From a virus (Duplodnaviria; Caudoviricetes): a DNA stretch of 50,275 bases. The notes beneath the pieces were generated by a model. It ran no database searches. It saw only the letters and a list, made by a program, of their open reading frames with translations, and was not told where the DNA came from. Where the stretch lies: IMG/VR virus record IMGVR_UViG_3300037755_000900, positions 1 through 50,275 of that record. The stretch is one strand, 5' to 3'. Below, piece after piece: positions 1 to 9,352 of the stretch. The translations under genes and the position numbers were made by a program. The number at the start of each line of letters is the position of its first letter. The stretch's first letter is position 1.

Positions 1-127
1 CCATGGTGGTCCGAGGGGCGGTGGCGTACAAGCAACCGGAGTTCATCGCTTCCCCGGCACCAGCCCCCGAGCCCGCCCCCCCAGGAGCCTTTAGCACTGG
101 GGGGCAGATGGGCTACCAGACTGGTAA
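1..127. repeat. Terminal overlap, copy 1 (circular assembly)
   Basis: Identical to 50149-50275; one reading frame runs uninterrupted across the junction. Confidence 0.97.
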
Positions 128-335
128 GGCCATTGGTAGCGCTATTGATTTTGCCACCAGCACTGCTGGTAATGCCGCCGTCACAGGTGCGCAGGGTATT
201 GCTCAGGGAGCAGCGGGGGTTGCCGGATTTGGGGCTGGACTCGGAGGTAGCCTGGTCCCTGAGCCTACTGACCTGGGAGAGTACCCGGAGGAGGACATCA
301 TTGAGGCTCCGGTGAATCCGAACTATCGTCCGTAG
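3..335 (+). CDS. 3' end of a ~587 aa putative internal virion protein starting at 48720
   Basis: In frame with ATG 48720 through the terminal overlap; Gly/Ala-rich. Confidence 0.8.
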   Translation: MVVRGAVAYKQPEFIASPAPAPEPAPPGAFSTGGQMGYQTGKAIGSAIDFATSTAGNAAVTGAQGIAQGAAGVAGFGAGLGGSLVPEPTDLGEYPEEDIIEAPVNPNYRP

Positions 336-353
336 CTGAAGGTGGAGGTTCCT

Positions 354-791
354 ATGCCAGCAATACCAGCCTGGTTGTTGTGGACGCTGATCGGTGGGGG
401 AAGCATCGCCGCAGAGGAGGCGCTCATGCACTTCCTGCGCGGTGGTTCCGAGCTGCCGAAAAAGGTGCGGGAGCGGGACCGCAAGGCACAACTCTCTGAG
501 TCCAGAGCGCTGGGGATGATGGTCGAAGGCGAGCGGGCTCAGAGGGGATACGAGAAACTCAAGAGCCGACAGATGGAGCCGTTGGCCAAGGAAGCCGGAC
601 TCCTCATGCAACTGCTGGCCTCCAGGGGGCCGACGGCCATGGGCATGGACGGCGCTGAGGGTGGCCCCGAGCAACTGAGAGCGGCACTGGACATGGCTTC
701 GGGAACGCCGGGGCTTGGTGACAGACTAAGCGCCGGGTCCAGGGCCAGGACCGACCCCCTGCTGACCAGCTTTGGAATAGGAGTCGCCTGA
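354..791 (+). CDS. Hypothetical protein, probable virion/ejection protein
   Basis: GGAGG SD before ATG 354; hydrophobic N-terminus; late operon context. Confidence 0.6.
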   Translation: MPAIPAWLLWTLIGGGSIAAEEALMHFLRGGSELPKKVRERDRKAQLSESRALGMMVEGERAQRGYEKLKSRQMEPLAKEAGLLMQLLASRGPTAMGMDGAEGGPEQLRAALDMASGTPGLGDRLSAGSRARTDPLLTSFGIGVA

Positions 792-792
792 C

Positions 793-1431
793 GTGCCCAA
801 AGAACCGTCCATCACTGATCTGATACGCCTGATTCTGGAGGGGCAGCCGTCTCTGCGGAAATCTACCGAGTGGACGGCAGGCACAGCGCGAAAAGCGTAC
901 CAGAAAGCCCGCGGGATGGTCGGTCGGGAGACGGCCATCGAGAAATACGTCAACCCGAACGCAGGACCCGGACGCCACATCCCTCGCCCTGTAGACCCTG
1001 AGAGGGCCATCGTCAAGCGTATGGCTCCGTCAGCCGGGGGGCCCGGCGCAACAGAGGCGCTGGAGAAGGTTGTGGGAAAGGTTGCAGGAAAGGGGAAGTT
1101 CCTGAAGGGGGCGCTGACGGCGCTCATCCCGCTGATGCTCGCCATGCGAGCCAAGGGGGCGCTGAAGGATCGCAGGGAGATGGAGGCCATGGCCAGCAGG
1201 CCGGTCCCGAGCCCGGAGGAACTGCTCATGGCGCGGGCGGACATGGAACTGCTGGCCGGCAGGGAGGCGCGGCTCATGCGCTCCGATCCTGAGGCGTACG
1301 AAATCCTTCAGAACATGCTTGGGCAGGGAGGGCCAAGATTGAGCGCTGGGGCCTTCATGGTGGGGCCGGGGTCCCAGGGTGGTCAGGGAGGCCCCGTAGA
1401 TGTAGAGTCCCTTCTGGAGGCGCTGGGCTAG
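793..1431 (+). CDS. Hypothetical protein, probable virion/ejection protein
   Basis: 212 aa ORF abutting the upstream gene; one hydrophobic segment. Confidence 0.6.
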   Translation: MPKEPSITDLIRLILEGQPSLRKSTEWTAGTARKAYQKARGMVGRETAIEKYVNPNAGPGRHIPRPVDPERAIVKRMAPSAGGPGATEALEKVVGKVAGKGKFLKGALTALIPLMLAMRAKGALKDRREMEAMASRPVPSPEELLMARADMELLAGREARLMRSDPEAYEILQNMLGQGGPRLSAGAFMVGPGSQGGQGGPVDVESLLEALG

Positions 1432-1509
1432 GAAGGGTGCTGTGCTGTAGAGATACTTTTGAGTGGTGGGGGACAGGGGATCGCCGTCCTGGCCTCCGGG
1501 GAGCACACG

Positions 1510-1881
1510 ATGGCTGAGACTGCGGTGAGGGCACAGGCGGCCGGGTGCGCGAACGGCAACAACTCATGGCGCACGTTTTCCGTCGCGTTGCTCACTCTTC
1601 TTGCAACGTCGGTCATTGCAGGCACGACCATCAAGTGCGGCGTTGACGACGTGCAGACCCAGGCGATTCACGTCAATTCCATCGCCCTCGGCAATATGGC
1701 GATTCGGATACTGGCCATCGAGGGCGCCGTCGGCGAAATCAAGGACAATCAACGAAGCCAGACGGAAGACACTGTGGCGATCCGTCTGGCCATGGAACGG
1801 ATCACGACGAAGATGAACCTACAGGCAGTTTCGCCCGTCGAGATTCATCGGGAGATGCAGCGGCGAGAGTTGCAACCTTAA
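1510..1881 (+). CDS. Membrane protein (one TM segment plus helical tail), holin/antiholin candidate
   Basis: GGGGAG SD; TM segment FSVALLTLLATSVIAG; first gene of a membrane-protein cluster. Confidence 0.5.
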   Translation: MAETAVRAQAAGCANGNNSWRTFSVALLTLLATSVIAGTTIKCGVDDVQTQAIHVNSIALGNMAIRILAIEGAVGEIKDNQRSQTEDTVAIRLAMERITTKMNLQAVSPVEIHREMQRRELQP

Positions 1882-1896
1882 CTGAAAGGGCTCATC

Positions 1897-2007
1897 ATGG
1901 GAAACATCGGTGCATGGATCGTTGCGTTAATCGTTGGAGCGTTGCTGTTCGGCTGGAACACCGGCTTCCTGGAGCAGTGGCTTCAGGGCAACGCGCCGAC
2001 CGTCTGA
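1897..2007 (+). CDS. 36 aa single-TM peptide (not in ORF track)
   Basis: MGNIGAWIVALIVGALLFGWNTGFLEQWLQGNAPTV; AAAGGG upstream. Confidence 0.6.
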   Translation: MGNIGAWIVALIVGALLFGWNTGFLEQWLQGNAPTV

Positions 2008-2094
2008 GGCTTCTTTCCCCTCCGAACCGGGGTCGGGGGTGGGTGACTGCTCCCGGCCCCGTGAGGGGTAGACTAACACGAACGAGGGTGACAC

Positions 2095-2295
2095 ATGGAA
2101 GATATGGTCAAAGTTGACGTACGGATCGTATACGCTGAGCCGAAGCAGTTGACGGCGAAGACCCACAGGACCGAGGACTCCCTGGTTGGCATCGGACCGC
2201 GAACGCTGCCGCAGCATCTCATCGAGAAGTTTCAGGTGGACGCGCTCGAATTCTTCAGCAACTGGTTCGGCGTGCACGACCCGGATACGGACTGA
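2095..2295 (+). CDS. Hypothetical protein
   Basis: GAGGGTG SD; TGATG coupling to next gene. Confidence 0.6.
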   Translation: MEDMVKVDVRIVYAEPKQLTAKTHRTEDSLVGIGPRTLPQHLIEKFQVDALEFFSNWFGVHDPDTD

Positions 2296-2693
2296 TGAGT
2301 TGTGGACCCGGCTATCTCGGAAATTTGTTCGACAAGTGGCTGAAAGGCCGTATCGGCAGCTACTACATCGCCGAGCACTGCCGCTGGCATGACCTGATGT
2401 ACCAGGATCCCCGCGGCAAGTGGATCATGGAGTACCCGAACGGCTCCGGTCTTCCCACGTTGAAGTATCTCGGGCCGGCGACTGCCGACGAACGGGCACC
2501 AGGGAAGGCCGAAGTGGACATGATCTTCTTCGCGTCCATGATTCGTGGAATTACCCGTGACCGACGCCTGGGCTGGTTTGCCCGTCGCTGGCACTTCTAC
2601 ATCACTTGCCCGTTGTTCTATGTGCTGGTTCGCGTCGGTGGACACGTTTCCTGGTTCAAGTGCCGTTGGCGGCAACGAAAGGCGGTGAAGTGA
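2295..2693 (+). CDS. Phospholipase A2-like / DUF1353-like protein
   Basis: CGPG...CRWHDLMY...VDMIF...FYVLVRVGG matches the CxxHDxxY / DxxF / YxxVRxxG pattern. Confidence 0.55.
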   Translation: MSCGPGYLGNLFDKWLKGRIGSYYIAEHCRWHDLMYQDPRGKWIMEYPNGSGLPTLKYLGPATADERAPGKAEVDMIFFASMIRGITRDRRLGWFARRWHFYITCPLFYVLVRVGGHVSWFKCRWRQRKAVK

Positions 2694-2767
2694 TGGCGAT
2701 GCTGTCCTGGATTATCGACGTGCTTGAGGGGATGATTCCACTCATCAAAATCGGGATGGAGGGGTAA
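2693..2767 (+). CDS. 24 aa amphipathic peptide
   Basis: MAMLSWIIDVLEGMIPLIKIGMEG; TGATG-coupled and fills the gap to the next gene. Confidence 0.4.
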   Translation: MAMLSWIIDVLEGMIPLIKIGMEG

Positions 2768-2771
2768 CGCT

Positions 2772-3149
2772 ATGCGGCCCTGGGAATGGAAGTTTCTCGA
2801 CTGGGTAGGGCGGTACGGCGATCACGTCGGCATCGCCTGTCTTGTGGTTATGTTCGCCGTGCTCAGTGGGTGCGCGTTGGCTGGAAGGCTGATGCGGCTC
2901 GGCGGGTTTTCGCTGGTGGAGATTCACTATGAGATCAAACCGCCTGACGGCAATGGCAACGATAACGACGCTGACGATCTCGGTGTGCGGCTGCGCGACG
3001 AGCAAGGGCGAGCATGGGATTTCAGCAGTGGTCCACGTGACGATCAACAAGGCCCCGGACCTGACGCCGGACCAGCAGAAACGGGTGTTGGCCCTGCTGG
3101 AGGTGATCGAGGCGGAAACGACCGATCCAGTCTTCCCCCGTCCAACTGA
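2772..3149 (+). CDS. Membrane protein, inner-spanin candidate
   Basis: N-terminal TM (VGIACLVVMFAVLSGCALAG); overlapped by a lipoprotein ORF in the +1 frame. Confidence 0.45.
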   Translation: MRPWEWKFLDWVGRYGDHVGIACLVVMFAVLSGCALAGRLMRLGGFSLVEIHYEIKPPDGNGNDNDADDLGVRLRDEQGRAWDFSSGPRDDQQGPGPDAGPAETGVGPAGGDRGGNDRSSLPPSN

Positions 3150-3192
3150 GTGGGGCAAGCTGGAGCCCGAGACGGCGGTTGTCGACGAATGA
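2929..3192 (+). CDS. Lipoprotein, outer-spanin candidate
   Basis: Basic N-terminus, hydrophobic stretch, lipobox-like VCG-C; Rz/Rz1-style overlap. Confidence 0.5.
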   Translation: MRSNRLTAMATITTLTISVCGCATSKGEHGISAVVHVTINKAPDLTPDQQKRVLALLEVIEAETTDPVFPRPTEWGKLEPETAVVDE

Positions 3193-3234
3193 CGCCGATG
3201 GCGGTGGTGGCTGGGGCGGGGCGAAGGAACAACC

Positions 3235-6200
3235 ATGGCTGAGGTCGGGGATGTCAGCAGGTTCGATGTCATGGGAAGGCCGTCGCTGGTTGCGGCCAAC
3301 CTCCTGCGGGCCGACCCCAAGGCTGCCGCCAGGGCGCTGTTCAAGCCGTCCTCGCTGAGTCCGTCTGAGGCACAGACCATACGGCAGGAGATCGGATTTG
3401 GTGGTGGGGGGCTGCTGGATACCATCTTCGAGGCGCTCACCGATCCGCTGGTGGTGCTGGGGGCTATCCTGGCGTACAGGTTCCCCGTAGGCTCGCTCAA
3501 GTCACTCACCAGGGCCGGGAAGCAGATCGCCGAGGCAGACCTGCGGGGGGGACTGCTGCCGCCGTTCGTGCGGGAGGTATTCACGTCACCCATCACTGTC
3601 CTGCGATCCACGGACCTGTGGGACCCCCTGATCGATGTGGCCTACGGGCGCAAGATATTCGTGGAGCGCCACTTGCCCAAGCTCGTTGAGGCCGCTCAGC
3701 ACTATGAGGGGACGGTGGGTCGCCCGATCGACAGGTTCCACCAGACCCTCGCCGCCGCGGTAATGGACGGGATGGAGAATCGCTACCCTGAGGCGCTCAA
3801 GTATTTCAAAAGGACGGGGATCAACCCGGAGACCGGGGTCGCGTGGGCCAAGGGTTCGCTGCGGAGCCCCTTTGACCCCGATGCGCTGCGTGGGTATGTG
3901 GACAAGTCACCGGGGTTGAGGAGGTTCATCGACGAGGTCAAGGTGGTGAAGGACAACATGTTCGATGATATGGTGGTCCGACACCCGGAGATGCGCGAGG
4001 AGTTGCAGATCGCGCTGACCAAGATGGGCAAACGGCTCCCCGAACGCACCCGCCGGATGTTGGACTCGGGCACCCTGGAGAGCCTGGATATTCCCGATGA
4101 CGTGCGGCAGTACCTGCGCAAGTCGAAGCGGATGCAGCAGCTCACCAACGAGATCAGGGAGTCCGGCGTCCTGGAGCTGGGAGAGAAACTGGAGGAGCAC
4201 TGGCCGCACCAGTTGCCCAGGGACCAGCAGGATATCGCTAAGGACCTGCTGGAGATCGCTCGGGCGGCGGGAAGGCAACGGGGGTTCGGTCAGCGGGTCA
4301 CCAAGCCCATCGAGGCTACGGTCACACCGAACCTCATCAAACGCTTCAACAGGATGTTGCCGAGCCTGGAGGACCTCAGCCAGTTCGAGGGTACCGGGCT
4401 GCTGGATGACGGGGCTTGGGGGGACCTGAAGGCCGTGCTGCTGGAGTCTGCGGCCGCCGGGCCGAAGAAGCACATCCTCCAGTACAGCCTCAACTTCGAT
4501 CAGGTGATGCAGCAGTACCTTCACCGGGCGGCCACCACCTATGCCTACAACGTCAGGGGCGCGGGGAGGAAGCTGATCGAGGGCATTGAGACACTCAAGA
4601 AGCAGCCGGGAGGCGCCCAGCAGATCGCCACGGTGATGGAGAACACGCTTGTGCCGCTGGCAGCGGGGAAGCCGGACTTCCAGCGGGCCATTCGGGGGCA
4701 GTATTGGGTGGGGGTCCAACTGCGCCTTGCGGGGTCACTGGAGGATGGTCTGCTGTCCAAGGCACTGCCTGCGGACCTGCGGAAGTGGATGTCCACGAAG
4801 CTTGCACGCGATCCGGGGCCGTTCCGGCTAGCCTCCGTGGAGCACGATATAGCGGACCTGCTGCACGTGGCTGCCCTGGGCGTCCCGAACGTGCAGCCCT
4901 CTGCCTTCAATGCCCTCCAGTCCTTGCTCACCACGTGGCCATTGCTGGGGAATGATGCCGTAGGGGGCATGGCCAGCGTGCTGCGTAAGGGCAAGAGGTA
5001 CTTCCACGTGCGGGTCCGAGGCACAGGGCACCACGAGGCGCTGAAGGAGGTGTTCCCAGAGTTCGTGGAGGTGGGTCTGGGAGGTATGAGCCAGCTCACT
5101 GAGGGGGCCGTGGACTCACTGAACGCCAACTTCAGGGCGGCCATGGGCGGGCCGGTGCGAAAGGGGCTGTCGAAGGTCAACGACTTTCTGATGGGCCTGT
5201 TCAGGTCCGTGGAGAGCTTCAACCAGTTGACGGCATTCGAGGGGGCCATGATTAAGGGCCGGCGCGAGGGCCTGCCCCTGCTGGAGAGAATGCTGGAGAG
5301 TCGCCGTGTCGTGCTGGCCAGTCAGTTTCCGGGGGGTGCCGAAAACTCCAGCGTGTTCCTGAGCAAGCTTAAGGGGTTCCCCGGCGGTCGGCTGCTGACT
5401 ATGTTCGGTCAGTTCGCCACCAGGTTTCCCGAGTACCTGTTCTCGACGGCCACGATGGCCGGCAGTGCCGAGAAGGCCGGGCTGGGGGGTAGAAACTGGG
5501 GCACGCTGGGCAGGGCAATGCTGGCGGGAGGGCTGGCCTACGAGGTGGGCAAGGGTTTCGGTCTGGACCTGAGCAGGGGGCTGGCCTTTGGGGCGCTGCC
5601 GGCGCCCAGGGAGGGGGGGGCATTCTACCCCCTGCCGTTCGTACCTCCGGCCGCAAGCATCGTCGGGGAGCTGGGGGCGGACGTGCTCAAGGGGGAGTTC
5701 CCCGACAGGTTCAGGTACGTGCTTCCGCTTCTGGTTCCTGGTGGGGTGGGGTTCGCCAGGAGCGTGGGATACTACTCTCCTGAAGCGGCCAAAGCGCTGG
5801 GGCGAAAGTACGTGGACTACGACCAGCCGTCACCGGACGGGCGGTACGCGGTCTACTCCGAGGCTCAGAGGGGCCAGCCGACACTGGTAGGGTACATGAC
5901 CGCCAAAGAGCTGGCGGCCCAGGGGCTAGGACTTCCGCTGATGACCACGGCGAGGAAAGAGCCGGGGACGATGGAGTGGCTGATGGCCAACCGTGACAGG
6001 ATTCGGGACTACAAGCGCCGGTGGTTGCAGGCCCAGCTCAAGAACGATCCATCCAGGGCAGGAGGGGTCGAGAGGGAGTTCAACAGGGCCTACCCACAGG
6101 TCCACGGAGGGCTGAGGTCGATGATAAAGCCCAGGGACATGGAAGCCGTGCAGATGCGCCGGAACGTCACCCGCATGGAGCGGATTATGGACACCCTGCC

Positions 6201-6504
6201 CAAAGAGGCCCGACCGCTGTTCTCCATGGCCATTCAGCAGACGGTTCTGGGGGCGGGGGAGGAGTTTCTGGGCATCGACCCAGCGCTGTTGAGCGTGGGG
6301 ACGGCGCAGAGCAGGAACGCCGCCAGGGCCGGGAGTGCTCCCAGGATGGGCCGGGGGCTGGTGGCAGGGCAGGGGAGCTTCGGCCGAGGGCTGAGCCCCT
6401 ACAGCAGGCCCATGGGCAGCTACAGGAACACCGTGGGGAACGTGCAGCAACCGAGACCGAGGGAGATCGCCCGCCACGAGCTTCCCAACGTCACGGTCCC
6501 CTGA
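3235..6504 (+). CDS. Large internal virion (ejection-type) protein, 1089 aa
   Basis: Size, helical Gly/Ala/Leu composition and position at the end of a podovirus-like late arm. Confidence 0.55.
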   Translation: MAEVGDVSRFDVMGRPSLVAANLLRADPKAAARALFKPSSLSPSEAQTIRQEIGFGGGGLLDTIFEALTDPLVVLGAILAYRFPVGSLKSLTRAGKQIAEADLRGGLLPPFVREVFTSPITVLRSTDLWDPLIDVAYGRKIFVERHLPKLVEAAQHYEGTVGRPIDRFHQTLAAAVMDGMENRYPEALKYFKRTGINPETGVAWAKGSLRSPFDPDALRGYVDKSPGLRRFIDEVKVVKDNMFDDMVVRHPEMREELQIALTKMGKRLPERTRRMLDSGTLESLDIPDDVRQYLRKSKRMQQLTNEIRESGVLELGEKLEEHWPHQLPRDQQDIAKDLLEIARAAGRQRGFGQRVTKPIEATVTPNLIKRFNRMLPSLEDLSQFEGTGLLDDGAWGDLKAVLLESAAAGPKKHILQYSLNFDQVMQQYLHRAATTYAYNVRGAGRKLIEGIETLKKQPGGAQQIATVMENTLVPLAAGKPDFQRAIRGQYWVGVQLRLAGSLEDGLLSKALPADLRKWMSTKLARDPGPFRLASVEHDIADLLHVAALGVPNVQPSAFNALQSLLTTWPLLGNDAVGGMASVLRKGKRYFHVRVRGTGHHEALKEVFPEFVEVGLGGMSQLTEGAVDSLNANFRAAMGGPVRKGLSKVNDFLMGLFRSVESFNQLTAFEGAMIKGRREGLPLLERMLESRRVVLASQFPGGAENSSVFLSKLKGFPGGRLLTMFGQFATRFPEYLFSTATMAGSAEKAGLGGRNWGTLGRAMLAGGLAYEVGKGFGLDLSRGLAFGALPAPREGGAFYPLPFVPPAASIVGELGADVLKGEFPDRFRYVLPLLVPGGVGFARSVGYYSPEAAKALGRKYVDYDQPSPDGRYAVYSEAQRGQPTLVGYMTAKELAAQGLGLPLMTTARKEPGTMEWLMANRDRIRDYKRRWLQAQLKNDPSRAGGVEREFNRAYPQVHGGLRSMIKPRDMEAVQMRRNVTRMERIMDTLPKEARPLFSMAIQQTVLGAGEEFLGIDPALLSVGTAQSRNAARAGSAPRMGRGLVAGQGSFGRGLSPYSRPMGSYRNTVGNVQQPRPREIARHELPNVTVP

Positions 6505-6554
6505 CCGAACCATAACCCGACACTGGTTGGGGAAGATCGAGGGAGAATCCAATA

Positions 6555-6725
6555 ATGGTAAGAAAGTTCCTGGACCTGACTATATCTGAGGCACTCGGGA
6601 TGACACCGGTTTCGCTCCACAAGAGGTTCTTTCGGTGGTTGTATGGCCTGTGGATGAGGCCGAGAACTACAAAATCCGCGCGGAAGTCCTGGGTTGAGAC
6701 TTGTGGAAAAGTCTTTGAGAAGTAG
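6555..6725 (+). CDS. 56 aa basic protein (not in ORF track)
   Basis: MVRKFLDLTISEALG...GKVFEK; GAGGGAG upstream. Confidence 0.5.
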   Translation: MVRKFLDLTISEALGMTPVSLHKRFFRWLYGLWMRPRTTKSARKSWVETCGKVFEK

Positions 6726-6798
6726 GAAGACTTTATCCTGTTGCAACAACCCGGCACCAAGTTCGGTGGGGTGGTAGTTACGCTCTGGGAGCACGATC

Positions 6799-7845
6799 AT
6801 GGCTACGCTGTTGGACTATGATGCCTTGGCGGCCGAAACGGCCCGGTCCCCCAAGCCGCTGTATATATGGCCGAACCTGCGGAACATTCTACAGGCCGAT
6901 CCCAATGCCGACGTGCCCTACAAAGCCGTGGATCAAGCCACCGTGGGTCTGGCTCGGGCGCTGACGTTCCTGTGTGATCGGTGCGGGACGTTCTCGCTGA
7001 ACCTGGGCGATACACAGGCTCACTGGGAGGAGATCCTTAATGCCATCGACGGGCAGGACCCGGCGCTGCTGGCCGCGCTGAGCCCGGCGCTGAGGCTGGC
7101 CCCGTTCCCCACGGTGAGCGCCAGCCCGGAGGACCGCGGTGTGGGGTTCACGGCGGACATGGACACCCACGCCGATCAGGTGGCACTGGCACTGGCGTCG
7201 TTTGCCGCTCACAGTGTCACGGCGGCGCCGCTGCTGCTTGTCAACCATGAGATCGTCTACGCGAGCGATGCAGAGCGCGAAGCGGACAATGAGCGGTTCA
7301 AGGTGCTGGTGGACGTGATCCGGGAGGTGTGGGGCTCCGATATCGAGGTCGAGTTCTACGGGGACGGCTCCAGGCAGCCTGACCTCAATCAGGATACAGG
7401 CTGGAAGACGTGGCCGCAGAGGCTCGCCGGACTACTGGACGGGGTCCACGGGTCCGTGTCCCTCTACAAGCATGAGATCTGGCGTAACCTCGAAATCAAC
7501 AGGGCACAACTTCGCTATCTGGCTCCCTGGATCACGTTGGGGGAGGGGTACCCTACCACCACGGCCAGCATTTCGGGGCCGGCCTACCAGACGAACCTGA
7601 GCGTGGCGGACGGTCCCTACATGACCTGGTCGTACTGGGGGGGCAGGCTGTTCAACCGGGAGCAGTTCAACAACACCGATGCCAAGCTGGAATACTACGG
7701 CCCGGCGTACGCCGCGTCTGACCACCAGACTCTGTACGCCAGCAGCGGGACGTTCCCCAGCAACGAGTTCTGGTTCCACCTGCGGGCGTGGCTACTCGGT
7801 GCCGCCAACCAAGCCTACAGCGCTCCAACCACCGTGGAGGTCTGA
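6799..7845 (+). CDS. Hypothetical protein, possible TIM-barrel glycoside hydrolase
   Basis: GGGAG SD; LLVNHE...IREVWG...EFYG...SVSLY...PWITL loosely resembles hyaluronidase-like barrels. Confidence 0.4.
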   Translation: MATLLDYDALAAETARSPKPLYIWPNLRNILQADPNADVPYKAVDQATVGLARALTFLCDRCGTFSLNLGDTQAHWEEILNAIDGQDPALLAALSPALRLAPFPTVSASPEDRGVGFTADMDTHADQVALALASFAAHSVTAAPLLLVNHEIVYASDAEREADNERFKVLVDVIREVWGSDIEVEFYGDGSRQPDLNQDTGWKTWPQRLAGLLDGVHGSVSLYKHEIWRNLEINRAQLRYLAPWITLGEGYPTTTASISGPAYQTNLSVADGPYMTWSYWGGRLFNREQFNNTDAKLEYYGPAYAASDHQTLYASSGTFPSNEFWFHLRAWLLGAANQAYSAPTTVEV

Positions 7846-7849
7846 GGGC

Positions 7850-8260
7850 CTAGGGGGCCTGATGGGCCTGGGCGAAGCACTCGTTCAGGTGATCGACCAA
7901 GTCCCGTGCTTGCGTGTACTGCGGAAAGCAAGCCACCTCCCTGCCTCTGGCGGTGATGACCCTGAAGCCCCAGCCGTGAACGGGCTCCACGGACAGGGGG
8001 GCGACCCTGGGTGTGGTCTTGGGCTTCGGAGCGGCGGGCTTGTTCTCAGTCATGGTCGTTCTCCTGGTTTCGAGTAGCCTTCCGTAGCTTCGTAACTCCG
8101 ACCGCGCGGCGGTCTCCGTGGGGTAGGGGCCGTGGCGGGTGCCCCAGGTTTCGTCCCAGAACCACCACCGTCCTCCCGCCTCGTGTACTGGATCTTCCAT
8201 CTTTGGGGCCAGTGTTCGTTTTGATCCGAACCAGGGTGCCAGCGCTTTGATCTTCATCAT
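7850..8260 (-). CDS. Composite ORF: Dam-like N-terminal remnant fused to small hypothetical genes (internal start at 8053)
   Basis: Starts IKALAPWFGSKRTLAP; internal AGGAG SD plus ATG at 8053. Confidence 0.55.
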   Translation of the reverse strand: MMKIKALAPWFGSKRTLAPKMEDPVHEAGGRWWFWDETWGTRHGPYPTETAARSELRSYGRLLETRRTTMTENKPAAPKPKTTPRVAPLSVEPVHGWGFRVITARGREVACFPQYTQARDLVDHLNECFAQAHQAP

Positions 8261-8271
8261 TGGTTAACCGG

Positions 8272-8712
8272 TTAGAAGGGTATCTCCTCGGGCTGCCAAC
8301 GTCCAGCCATCCGGACGTTCCGCTCGACCACGTTGTCACTGTTGCTCAGCAACCGCAGGTGAGCGGGGTTGACGCATCGCGTATTGTGGCACAGGTGGTC
8401 CACCATGAGCCCCTTCGGGATCGGCCTGTTAAAGAACGCATGGCTGACTCGGTGAGCAAACAGGGTGCGGTGAGGGGGGTGGTGGCAGAGGATGTGGATT
8501 GCCTTCCGCTTCCGGTCCACTTTGGTTACTTCCTGCCAGTCAGGCTCCTTGAGGCTGAATCTGCCGTAGCCGTTGGCCTGCACGGCCCCGGTCCACTCCC
8601 AACAGGGATCACCCTGGAAGGACTTCTTGCTCCGCTTGATCTTCTTCAGGAATCGGATCATGTCCCTGGGCAGCGGGCGGGGCTGTGCTTTGGGGGATCT
8701 CTTTCCGGTCAC
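8272..8712 (-). CDS. HNH endonuclease
   Basis: CWEWTG...NGYGRF...AHRVS...VDHLCHNTRCVNPAHL; GTG 8712 overlaps upstream stop. Confidence 0.9.
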   Translation of the reverse strand: MTGKRSPKAQPRPLPRDMIRFLKKIKRSKKSFQGDPCWEWTGAVQANGYGRFSLKEPDWQEVTKVDRKRKAIHILCHHPPHRTLFAHRVSHAFFNRPIPKGLMVDHLCHNTRCVNPAHLRLLSNSDNVVERNVRMAGRWQPEEIPF

Positions 8713-9011
8713 GTCTTCTCTCCCGCCGCGATGATCGCGGAGCAGACGGCGTCGCAGAATTCGCCTTGCGCCACTCCTTCGCGGCCGTCCTGTAGGAATA
8801 GGCATACGCGCCACGGCGCATGTTGCCCGGCTGTGATGATGACCTGTGACGGATTCCGTGACCTGAATCCCTCCAACGCCGCGAGTGCGTCGCCGGGGTT
8901 GCGGTCGGGATGACGGCGGTTGGTTCCGTCGAATGCATAATCCGCCTCCTCGATGTACGGCCTCCACTCGCACAGTCGGGCTATCTGCTCATTCGTAGTC
9001 GGTATCGTCAT
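8709..9011 (-). CDS. Hypothetical phage protein
   Basis: 4-nt overlaps with both neighbours. Confidence 0.65.
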   Translation of the reverse strand: MTIPTTNEQIARLCEWRPYIEEADYAFDGTNRRHPDRNPGDALAALEGFRSRNPSQVIITAGQHAPWRVCLFLQDGREGVAQGEFCDAVCSAIIAAGEKT

Positions 9012-9352
9012 GTTTCCACCGTTTCATCGGGATGTTCGTGCTCGAACTCATTTAGTTCCCGCTCACACTCCCGCAGGGTGTCCTCCGCGTCGGCCAGCGC
9101 AACCTGCGCAGCCGTAACAGCCTGTTGAAGTTCATAGCGTTTTTTCTCCACGTTGTTCATTCGTACCTCCCCTGTCAGTGTTCCGTAGTCCACTGCATAT
9201 GTCGCCTCCGCCCTGACTAGGTGGCGATGCGTCCGTGAGTGTTCGGCCGATTGTTTTTGTCCTTTCAGGTAGTCCTCTGTCCTCCAATTGCACTGGTGAC
9301 AATTAGCGAAAAAACCAATCAGCACTTTTCTACATTTCGTCGGCATCGTCAA
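9008..9352 (-). CDS. Hypothetical protein (Cys/His zinc-finger-like N half, coiled-coil C half; possible internal start 9160)
   Basis: CHQC...HSRTHRH; internal GGGGAGGT SD before MNNVEKK. Confidence 0.6.
   Translation of the reverse strand: MTMPTKCRKVLIGFFANCHQCNWRTEDYLKGQKQSAEHSRTHRHLVRAEATYAVDYGTLTGEVRMNNVEKKRYELQQAVTAAQVALADAEDTLRECERELNEFEHEHPDETVET

Noticed and set aside
1-127. 127 bp terminal direct repeat as a biological DTR
   Set aside because: It falls mid-gene and its length equals a common assembler k-mer; best read as circular overlap.
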